Below, in pieces: positions 39,911 through 49,537 of a stretch of DNA of 64,000 nucleotides. The stretch covers positions 930,001 through 994,000 of the forward strand of contig CAKKNE010000001.1 in assembly GCA_918797485.1 (NCBI GenBank). Direction: 5' to 3'. A program made the position numbers and the translations under genes. The DNA comes from Pelagomonas calceolata. Its lineage: Eukaryota. Within the stretch, counting starts at the first letter, position 1. Each line of letters opens with the position of its first letter. Under the pieces are notes generated by a model. It saw only the letters and a program-made list of their open reading frames with translations. It had not been told where the DNA came from and did no database searches.

Positions 39911-41730
39911 TCACTCGACGCGCGTCGCCGTCCGCCGGAGCTCCGCGAAGAGGTCGACGACCGGGGCCGCGGCGACAGGCTTCGGCGGTTTCTGCTTGGC
40001 GGCCTTGATCGCGTCGAGGAGACCTACAGGAGGCCCGGCGGAAGGCCCGTGCAGCCTTGCGACCATGGCGGCGCGCGAGCCGTCGCCGCCCGACAGCCGC
40101 CGCGGCGCGGGCCGCGCGACGCGCTCGCCCCAGGCGTCGCCCTCCGTTGGGACCTCCCGCGCCTTCCGCGCCTCGGCCACGGCGGCGAGCTCGGACGCGC
40201 GGTCCACCGCCTCGTCGTTTTTCGCGACGGCCGCAGCCGGCTCGTACGACGTCGCGTCAAACGGGAGCGCCGCGGCGTCGGCCCAGGCTTGAGGTCCAGC
40301 CGCACCGGACGCGGCGGCGGCGACCAACTTGTCTCGAATGGCCTCGGCCCACTCCTGTTTCTTTCCGTCGCCGTCGTTTTCCCACGCCGCCGGGAGCGAG
40401 GCGTATACGGCGCGCAGCTCGTCCAGGCTCAGGCCGCGCGCGTCGTAGGCGCCGCGTAAGTCCGCGACGTGCATTTTTGCGATCGTAGACGGCGCCATTC
40501 GCACGAGCCACAGGGCCCGGACTCGTAGCACGCGCGCCGCGAGCTTCGGGGGCAAACCCTGCTCGACCAGCCGCTCGACCGTCCAGCCGTGCCTCACGTC
40601 CGGCGGTACCGCCGCGCGGACCGTCGCGAGCGCCGTGGCATTCGCGTCGGCGTTCGCGGCGTCCCAGGCCGTCCGCCGCGCGGCCTGCTCCGCCACGTAC
40701 TCCGGGTGGCCGCGGACGACGGCGTCCCAGCGCTCGACTTCCACTTCGACGGACGCGTCTCCCGCGACGAGCTGCGCCACGGCATTCTTCAGGCACCGCC
40801 GCGCCTCGGCGAGCGTCATGGGTGCTGCTTCCTTGGCGTCGTCGGGGACGACGCCGCGGCACCGCTTTAGTACAGCCACGACGGCCTCGACCTCAGCTAC
40901 ATCCAAAGGGACGTCGCCGTTCCGCGCTTTCTTCAGCCACGCCGTCGCCGCCTTCTCGGCCTTCGACGACGGGCTGTTCGACGCGCGCAGCGGCGACAAC
41001 GCGTCGTCTTCTTTTTTACCGGTGAGCCCCGCCTCGATCTTCCTCGACAGCGCCTCATCATTCTCAACCCAGGCCGGCCGCGCCGCGCCGCACCAGCCGC
41101 CGCCGAGCATCTCCTTTCGTACGTCCGCGGCCCGCCTCTCCTGCGCCTCGCGCTTCTTCTGGCCGGCGCGCGCGGCGAGCTCCGCGGCGCGATTCAGCCG
41201 CGGTCGCACGGGCGCCCTAGCACGCGCAATGCTGGCGCGCCGCTTGAGGGCCTCGGCCTTCGACGGTTTTGCTTTCCCGATCGCGACGGACTGGCGGCGC
41301 GCGCGCGACGCGTTCGTGTCTCTTGGTTTGAGGGCGCGCTTCGTTCTACGAGCGTGGGCCTGCGTGCGGTCATGTGAGTTATCGCGGCGACGGCGTGGCG
41401 GAGACACCGGTCACGCGCAGTATGTTTCCCGACGCGCCGCAGGCAGCGCGTCAGCGTCAGGGCGGCGCGGCGCTCGCGGCGCGCCGCGAGCGTTTCTAGC
41501 CTCGCCGCGAGTTGCCGGAGGCGCGCCGGCGGGGGGTGAGCGTACGCGCAGTGCGTGACGGCCGCTTCTAGCAAGGTGAGTGCCGTGGCGCCGTCGACTT
41601 CTAAGAAGGTGAGGGCGTCCTGCTGCGGCGGCGGCGTCTGCTGTCGCAATGGCGGCGCGTCGTACACGGTTTCGTCGACGACGTCTTCCGCGATGGTAAA
41701 AGGGAGGCTCGCTGGAGTAGGCGCGAGCAT
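39911..41730 (-). CDS. Hypothetical coiled-coil protein; GC-AG intron 41360-41418
   Basis: Two ORFs joined by ACT|GCGCGT...CGCAG|GCC; LSLDELRAVYASLP..WENDGDGKKQEW. Confidence 0.65.
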
Positions 41731-42138
41731 CCTCGATACGTCAGACGGCCTGGGTCCGCCAGCGGGTCCGGAGGGCCGGGAAAATGCGCCGCGCAAGTTG
41801 CTCGGCGCGGAGGGCCGTATCGCAGCGTCTGGACCGTCCGGCGAGCGGCTGCGTCGTACACAGGCCCCCGCAGCTTCGTTTTACTGCTGAGGCGGTCCAC
41901 TGAGCCACAGGCGCCGTAACGGCGCAGCTTGGCCGTGTTTTTGGCGCAACGTGCTCGAGTTATCTAGCGTATAGAAACACACTAGCGCCGGAGCGCGTAC
42001 CTTGAGCTAACAATAATAGCGCGCGTAGCTGCGGCCCGCGCCCGCCGCCAATGAAAGGACACCCGTATTCCTCCTCACCACCACAAGACACACCTACCAC
42101 GAGACGCCATCGCCGCGAGACCCCACGATACAAGTCGA

Positions 42139-44482
42139 CTACGACTCCTTACTCGACGATGGCGACCGCTCGAAGACGCGCATCCAGAGCCCGTGCTCCG
42201 TGTGGATCGTCGCGCCCGTGCGCATGCCCACGTCGGCGACGGGCAGGCCCCCGAGCCCCGTCTTCGGCTGGATCGATTCCGGATTTTTCAGCGCGAACTC
42301 GAAGTCGAGCTCGTGGATGATCGACGTCAGCATCACGGTAGCCTCCAAAATAGCGAACTGGTCCCCGACACACCTTCTGTTGCCCGCACCGAAGGGCAGA
42401 TACGCGTAATCGGCACTCTGCTCCGTCGGATACAGGGCTTGCGAGGGAATTTTGGCCGGGTCGAAGCCCCGCCAGCCCGCCGGCGCGTCGGGCCCCGGCT
42501 CCTTCTTGCGCTCCCACCTAGAAGGGTCAAAAGACTCAGGATCGTCCCACAGCTTCGGGTCCTTGTGCAGCGACCACGTGCTCATGAAAATGTCCGACCC
42601 TCGAGCTGGAGTTACTTTTGGGCTATCGGGGAACGGTCTAGGTAGTTCATCCGAATCCAAAGCTCGTCTGATGAGTAACGGAGGCTGGGGGTAGAGCCTC
42701 AGACCCTCCGCTAAACAGAGACGTATGAAGGGCACGTCCAGTACATCTTCGTACACTGATCCAGTCCTGTTCTCCGCCGCGCGCTTCGCGAACACGGCAT
42801 CGGCCTCCTCCCGAGCTCTTTGTAAATGATGCTTCGAGCGACCAGAGGGATGGAACAACTCGTACAGCGTCCAGGTTAATAAAGCTGCAGTCGTCTCGTG
42901 GCCGGCGACGAGCATCGTCATCAGATCGTCCCGTAACTGCGTCGCCGAGGCCTCCTCGCCGCGCACCGTCACGAGGAAGCGTAATAATGATGTATGCTTG
43001 ACTTCATCCTCATCAGTAACTTCTTGGCCGGCCTCCCTATAAACTTCGTCTCCCATGCTCGCGATGTCGTCGAAGGCCTTGGTCACGAGCTCTTCCAGCT
43101 TCGTGTTGAGCAGGTCGAGGTCGTTGTTGAACTCCTGCTGCGACGGGAGGAGCTGCGCGCCGGGGATGAGCCAGTACGGGATGAACGCCGTCGTGCGATG
43201 CTCCGCTTCCACCAAACATCTATAAACAGCCCTTACTAATGGAGACTCCGACGACGCACTTTCAAAGTCGTAGTCGAAGACGGCCCGCCCAATAATATCC
43301 AAAGCTGCCGAACAGAACCGTTCCTCCATGTCGACCGCGCCCGCCTTTCTCGCCGGCGCGTCGTCCTCGTACTTCCAGGCCTTCCACGCGTCGACGGTCT
43401 CCGGTAAAGGTGCAGTGGGATCCACGGACCGCGCTCGTTTCCGCAAGTCCACTAGCAGGTCCTCCGTGCAGTCGTCGAAAAGGGCCAACGTACTTCGCAA
43501 CCACTGCTTGTGGAAGGCCGGCGAGATGACGCGCCGCCGCGCCTTCCAGACGTCGGGGTCCGCTGGGATTAATCCATTACCTAGGATCGGCGCCAAGATC
43601 TCGGCCAGGATGCCTTTGTCGAAGTTCTGGCTTCCATCTCGGAGCAGGTATCGCGCAATGCTCGGGTCGGCCACAACTATAAAAGAGCGAGGCCCGAAGG
43701 CCAGTTTGAACACGGGCCCGAGCTCCCTATGGTACTTCGTGAGGAGTAGGAAGAGGGGACCCCCTACCAAAGTTTGTAGGTCGCCGGCCGCGACACTCCC
43801 AAAGAACGTCTTGGGGCCCGCCCTCTCCAGAGCTCCCTGCCAGTCCCAGGACGCCACCTCGGCACCGTCCTCCGAATCATTGCCCAGGATGAACTGGAGC
43901 AGGTTGTTGAATAAAATACGAAACGAGTCCTGGAAGCCCGGTTTACTTCCAGGATAGCTAGACTCGGCGTAGGCGGCGTAGACACTCTCGGGCTCGACCT
44001 CAATAAATCTTCGCCAGAACTTCGGGCCGCCGTACATCTCGGGCACGTCCTCGAGCTTCCGCCTGCGTGGAACGAGACCGTCGCGAAACTGCCCTCGCGT
44101 GACGACGCGCGTCGATGGCGTAAGGAAGGTCATTGAAGCTCCCACGCCGAGTCACTGACCTCAGTTTTTCCATTTCCCAGTCGAAGCCCTCCTTTTCGCC
44201 CTCCTCCTCCCAGGCCGAGGACCATTCTTCCATTAACGCTTGTTTGTACTTGTCGGCTTTCGCTTCCTTGAGGGCCTCCTCGTCCGTTCCTAATACACTG
44301 AGGCGCGTGCGGCCGGCGCGGCCGAGCGGGCCGCAGCGCCGTCGCGCCGGGCGCAAGTGGGGCGGCGGCGCGCCGCCCGCGCCGCGCGCCGGCCGGAGGC
44401 CCGCGCGGCGCGGCGGCGGCGCCAGGGAGCCCGCGAGGGGCGCCAGGGCCGCGCACAACGCGAGGATAGAAGAGCTACGCAT
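42139..44482 (-). CDS. Cytochrome P450, CYP97-family carotenoid hydroxylase; intron 44063-44159
   Basis: FDKGILAEIL, AGHETTAA, EGLRLYPQPP, PFGAGNRRCVGDQFA; plastid-type presequence. Confidence 0.92.
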
Positions 44483-44836
44483 TTGTTCAAGACGGCGGCA
44501 AGGTCTGCGCGCGGCGCACGGCTGGCGCGTCGCGTGGCTTCCAGAGGCTGTCCCGCAGCTCCCCCGCCTCGTATCGCTGCTCGGCTCACGCCCACTGAGG
44601 CTCTCGACTGCTACTTGCGTCGCGTGCCCCTGGATTTTAGGCTACGTGAGAGGTACTAGCTCCTAGTATGTCTACGCTATCTCCTTGGAAGATCGCGGCT
44701 GCCGAAAAAAACACTGGCGACGGCCGTGTTTTTGGCTTACTTTGCCATCAAGCGGTCTAATATACCGCTAAGTAATCGAGGAGGCTGCAACACGTGTGAC
44801 GGTAGGGCAGCGAGCACACACTGCCCACCCACACAA

Positions 44837-45631
44837 ATGATGCCATCTTCGTGCTGCCGGGCCGCATGGGTTTTCGCGCTACTGGCTAGCGACAGCTCCG
44901 CTCTAAGTGCAGGGCCACCCACAAGCCGTGCACGCATCACTGCCTTGAGTGCAGGGCCACTCGCGCGCCGTCCGCGGCCGTGGCGCCGGAGGTTACTCAG
45001 TCAGCCGAGCGACGACGCCGCCCCGGCGAGGCCGAAGCGTTTCCGGCAGCTCCTCGTGCCAATCAGCGTGGGCGGCCTCGCGGCCGTCGAGCTCAGCACG
45101 AGCCTGTGGGAACTCGGTCATCATCACGGGCTGGCGATGCTGGCCCTGTCGCGGGGCGCGCACGCCGTGACTGATTTAACCCAGTCGGGCGCCGACGCGG
45201 TGGAGACCGTCGTCGAGGTCGTTTCCGAGGTCGGTGCGGAGGCCGCGGCGGCGGTACGGACGCACTCGACGCGCTTATCTCGGTTGTTCACGCCGAAGAG
45301 GATCCGCAACCTCTCGGTCGCGGCGCTGTTCGCCGCGGCCTGGGAGGTATACCAGGACCTGAGGCCGGGCGGCCATCACGGTATGGTCCTGTTGGCCGCT
45401 CACGATTTGGTTGATACGTCCACCCGCGCCTCGACGCGCGTCGCGCGGTTCCTGGGGTCGCGGTGGCTCAAGCTGACTATGGCGGTGGTCGCGCTCGGCT
45501 TCGCCGTCGTGGAGCTCGTCGAGGACTTCCTCCCGGGCGCGCACCACGGCGTGGCCGTGCTCGCGGCGGCGAACTGCGTGGCGGGCGTCGCGGAGCTGTC
45601 CGCTGCGCGGGAGCCGACGCCGCCGGCCTAA
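44837..45631 (+). CDS. Hypothetical membrane protein with three His-His-Gly repeats
   Basis: Signal/transit-like N-terminus; LGHHHGL, PGGHHGM, PGAHHGV each between hydrophobic helices. Confidence 0.65.
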   Translation: MMPSSCCRAAWVFALLASDSSALSAGPPTSRARITALSAGPLARRPRPWRRRLLSQPSDDAAPARPKRFRQLLVPISVGGLAAVELSTSLWELGHHHGLAMLALSRGAHAVTDLTQSGADAVETVVEVVSEVGAEAAAAVRTHSTRLSRLFTPKRIRNLSVAALFAAAWEVYQDLRPGGHHGMVLLAAHDLVDTSTRASTRVARFLGSRWLKLTMAVVALGFAVVELVEDFLPGAHHGVAVLAAANCVAGVAELSAAREPTPPA

Positions 45632-45898
45632 TAGTTTGTATACTAGTATATACTGCGCTACTGCGTCTTTTTCTGCGGTACAGTTCTGCGGCAGTCCGCG
45701 GAGCCAGTGTGTTGACACACTAGTTCGCTCTGCCATCAGATGATTGCCGCAATTCGCGGGGAGTCTACGGCGCAGCTGGGCGCAGCTGGGACAGACTGAG
45801 GGCCGGCAGCTGCCCGCACGCTCTGGAGGCAGCCCACAGCGCCACAATTCACCGTAGGAGGAGTTGACAGTGGACTGAAGGCAGGTGAGCGCAAACAA

Positions 45899-47113
45899 AT
45901 GGCAGCAATCGCAGCGGACGTGGACGTCGAGCGCTCGTTGCGCAGCAGTGCCACTGGCACGACGCGCAGCGCGGCGGACGGCGCCGGCCGCGTGCCGGTC
46001 ATCGACATGAGTCAATCGGACGCCGCCGAGGCGATGTGGGCCGCCGCCACGTCCGTCGGCTTCTTCACGGTCGTCAATCACGGCGTGCCGGACGAGCTGA
46101 TCGAGAACGCGTTCGCCTCGTCCAAGCAGTTCTTCGCGCGCGACCTCGACGCCAAGCAGCGCGAGAGCCCCTTCGCGCCCCAACTCAACAGCGGCTTCGA
46201 GTACTTTTCTCAAATAAGGCCGTCGACCGGCACGGCCGACCAGAAGGAAAGTCTGCAGATCACGGCGCGGGAAGGAGCCATGGACGGCCGCTGGCCCGCG
46301 GAGCCCGAAGCGCTCCAGCCCGTCGCGCGGGCGATGATGGAGGCGTCACAAAGACTCGCGGCGCGCATCTTGGACATGCTCGAGCCGCGCGCGTGTCCGA
46401 ACCTCGCGCCCGGCACTTTACAAAAGTCTCACACGCTCTGGGGCCAGGGGGGCCAGTGCACGCTGCGACTGCTCCACTACCCCCCGACGGCGCCGCCGGA
46501 AGTTGATAGCGGCCTGTGGCGCGCCGGGCCGCACACGGACTGGTGCTGCGTGACCCTGTTGTACCAGCTGCCCGGTCCGCGCGCGGCGTCCGGTCCAATT
46601 TACGGGGTGTCGCGTCGATGGCGTAAACGCGGTCGACTCACCGACCCACCACGCACAGGTCACGAGGGGCTTGAGTGCGCCGCGAACCCGCGGGCGGGCG
46701 CCGGCCAGAGCGGGTGGCTTAGGGTGGATCCGGTCGCGGGCGGCGTCGCCGTGAATATAGGGGATATGCTCTCGCGCTGGGCTGTGTGGAAGTCAAACAG
46801 TGAGTTAGGTCATCGTGAACCTCCACGCCATCGAACAGCTGCAGTTACGGGGACGACGTCGCGGCGACGGCTTGGGGCGCCCGAAATTTGATTTCCACGT
46901 AGGCGCTGGGCCGACGGCCGCGTCCTCTCGAACCTGCACCGCGTGCGCACGCCGACGGGGGCAGAGTGCGGGCGGCCGCGCCAGTCGATCGCCTTCTTCA
47001 TGCAGGCCGACAAGGAGGCGCTCATCGAGTCGTCGGGCGAGACGATCACCGCGGGCGACTACATCCTGGGACGAATCCGGTCGAACTTCGCGGCGAAGTT
47101 CGGAGATAAATAG
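45899..47113 (+). CDS. 2OG-Fe(II) dioxygenase (IPNS/DIOX-like); introns 46575-46658 and 46774-46902
   Basis: VPVIDM, GFFTVVNHGV, LRLLHYP, HTD; spliced NIGDMLSRWADGRVLSNLHRV..RQSIAFF. Confidence 0.92.
46782..46902 (-). mobile_element. Introner element (121 bp), inverted relative to the 53545 copy; TSD GCGCTGGG
   Basis: ctgtgtggaagtcaa...ttgatttccacgtag; TSD copies at 46774-46781 and 46903-46910; reverse complement matches the 53545 element. Confidence 0.92.
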
Positions 47114-47123
47114 ACTGTGAATA

Positions 47124-48200
47124 CTAGAGCTCCCTACGCCTCCTATCCCGCCGTTCTTCGCGCAACTCGACACGCCACAGCGACTTGTCCGCCGTGATCC
47201 ACGCGAAGCCGCCGCCGAAGGCCACATTCGACACCGACCGCCCCAGGTGCATTTTGGCCACGACATCTCCCGCGTCCAAATCGACCAGACAAACGCCGCC
47301 CGGGCACGACGCCACCAGCGTCTGCGAGGCCTCGTGGAACGCGAGACCATCCGAGCAGCCTTTTTTGACAAAGTCCCTGTGCACGATCTTCACTTGTGCA
47401 CCTCGTCGCAGGTAGCCGTCGCCGCGGAAGGGCCAGACCAGCCACCGTGCTTCGCCCGCCGGGCAGTCAGTTGAGTGGCCCTGGCAGCAGTCGCTCACGA
47501 CGAGGTGCGAGCCGTTCACGATACCGATGCCGTTCGGCCTCATCAAAGAACTATCGAGCACCTCCAGGTCCTTCGTCCGCAGGTCGTACCTATAAACGCC
47601 CGCAAATCCCAACTCCGACTTGTCGTCCGCGTATTGAGCGTCCGCCGGCCGGCGCTTCTCCAATAAAGCGTAGTAGGGGTCCGTGAAGTAGAGCGCGTCT
47701 GGTGTCGCGACGACGTCGTTCGGACCGTTCAGCCGCGCGCGCCCGTGTCTCTCTACAATGAGTTCCTCTTTCATGGAAGCGAGATCCAGGAACGCCAGCC
47801 TTCTCGCGCCGTGCTGGCAGACGGCTATTCTGTCGCCAACTCTAGCCATGCCGTTGCTCCCCGGCTCAAGCTGCTCAGTATCACATCCACCAGCAACGTC
47901 CACGGCGCAGCCGCCCGCGTGCTCTTTGAGTAACGTTACCGCGCCGCCTTTCCAGATGTGCAGTTTGCCCGTGATCGTGTCGCTGAAAATGAGCGCTTTC
48001 TCGTCCTCGAGCCACGTCGGCCCCTCCGGCCACGCAAAGCCTTCGGCGACGAGCTCCGGATAGTTGTCAGAGAAGATGGCGCGCCAGGCTTTTCTGTCTC
48101 CTACTAATCGCATCGCTTCCTCCGTCGTGAGTTCTTGGCCTGGGAGCGTGTCGAAGGCGTACGCGGCCGCGACGACGAGGCATGCTGCTCTTGGGACCAT
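47124..48200 (-). CDS. SMP-30/gluconolactonase-family protein
   Basis: WPEGPTW, LIFSD, GSNG, LNGPND, LYFTDP, RPNGI; signal peptide; RREL end. Confidence 0.9.
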   Translation of the reverse strand: MVPRAACLVVAAAYAFDTLPGQELTTEEAMRLVGDRKAWRAIFSDNYPELVAEGFAWPEGPTWLEDEKALIFSDTITGKLHIWKGGAVTLLKEHAGGCAVDVAGGCDTEQLEPGSNGMARVGDRIAVCQHGARRLAFLDLASMKEELIVERHGRARLNGPNDVVATPDALYFTDPYYALLEKRRPADAQYADDKSELGFAGVYRYDLRTKDLEVLDSSLMRPNGIGIVNGSHLVVSDCCQGHSTDCPAGEARWLVWPFRGDGYLRRGAQVKIVHRDFVKKGCSDGLAFHEASQTLVASCPGGVCLVDLDAGDVVAKMHLGRSVSNVAFGGGFAWITADKSLWRVELREERRDRRRREL

Positions 48201-48371
48201 TATTTATGCCGCGTCGATGGCGTGCTTGCCCTGCAGGCCAGCAATCACTGCTTCTACGCGTCGCACGATGCCGCAGCTACAGCAGCGCGATCAGTTATTG
48301 CCCGTCACGCAATGCGTGCCGGTTTTGCGCGAGTATACGAGGCTATTCCCGCAAAGGCCGCGGCGCAGACA

Positions 48372-48398
48372 GCTAGCGGCATGTAACACACTAGCAAG
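48372..48398. promoter_or_regulatory. Conserved CTAG element (reverse orientation)
   Basis: gctagcggcatgtaacacactagcaag. Confidence 0.55.
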
Positions 48399-48586
48399 AA
48401 GCACTGCCCGGGCTCTGACAGCCTCGAGCTGCCGCTCTGAAGTAAGGGCAGGCTTAGGAGTAAGCCATCGGTACCCTATCGCTGCGTGCAAGGCGCGCTG
48501 GACGAATTTGCCGCCCTACGGAGCGCTTGGACCGCAGAGCACCTGGATCCTCTGTTGAGAGCACCAGTTGCGCCTGCGCTAGAACC

Positions 48587-49516
48587 ATGGCCTGGACATT
48601 CGTTCTACTCGCAACAAGCGCCTCAGCACTCAGCGCGAACAAACCCCCGTCAATCTTGGCGATCGGCGAGACGCTCTACGACTCGCTGCCGCACGGCGTC
48701 TTTCTGGGAGGCGCGCCGTTAAATGTTGCTGTGCACGCGGCTCAATTAGGTGCCCACGCGGCCTACGCGTCGGCCGTTGGGGATGATGCCTTGGGACGGG
48801 ACGCCAAACGGCGCCTAGAAGCGTTGAGTGTGGATTGCGAACTCGTGCAAACAAGGCCCGGTCTAGAAACAGGATTCGTGAGCTGTGTCCTCGATGAAAA
48901 CGGCGACGCGACGTACGACATCGCCTACCCCGCGGCCTGGGACAGTGTTCATGCGGAGCCTTCTTTGCTGACGGCGGCGCGGTCCTTCGACTGCCTCGTT
49001 CATGGGTCCTTGGCGTTGCGAGGCGAGGAGACGGCTTCTACTTTGAGAAAGCTCGCGGCCGACGCGACGAGAAGGGTCTTCGACATCAATGTGCGGCCCC
49101 TGCCCGACGGGATTGAGGTGCGCGACCTCGTCGAACCGCTATTGCAGGGTTGTTATGTGGTCAAAATGAACGAGGACGAATTGCAATTGGTGCAGGCGTG
49201 GTTCGACCTGAAACCGGCGACGCTCGAGAAGTCATTACTTGAGTTAAATGAGGTCGTGGGGGCCGATCATCTCGTCGTGACGCGCGCGGAGCGGGGCGCG
49301 GCGCTGGTTGACGCGTCGGGTGCGTACTGCGAGAGCCCCGGGTTCGTGGTGGACGTCGTGGACACCGTCGGCTCGGGGGACTCGTTCACTGCTAGATTGG
49401 TCTACGGGCTGTTGAGCGGCGAGGCTGCTTCTGACGCGCTCGGCGCCGCGACCAGGCTCGGGTCCTGGGTCGCGTCGCAGGCCGGGGCGACGCCGCGACA
49501 CGAGTCGTTGGGGTAA
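48587..49516 (+). CDS. PfkB-family carbohydrate kinase (fructokinase-like)
   Basis: IGETLYD, GGAPLNVA, FDINVR, VKMNEDE, DTVGSGDSF. Confidence 0.92.
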   Translation: MAWTFVLLATSASALSANKPPSILAIGETLYDSLPHGVFLGGAPLNVAVHAAQLGAHAAYASAVGDDALGRDAKRRLEALSVDCELVQTRPGLETGFVSCVLDENGDATYDIAYPAAWDSVHAEPSLLTAARSFDCLVHGSLALRGEETASTLRKLAADATRRVFDINVRPLPDGIEVRDLVEPLLQGCYVVKMNEDELQLVQAWFDLKPATLEKSLLELNEVVGADHLVVTRAERGAALVDASGAYCESPGFVVDVVDTVGSGDSFTARLVYGLLSGEAASDALGAATRLGSWVASQAGATPRHESLG

Positions 49517-49537
49517 CACTAGATCACACACCACTAC

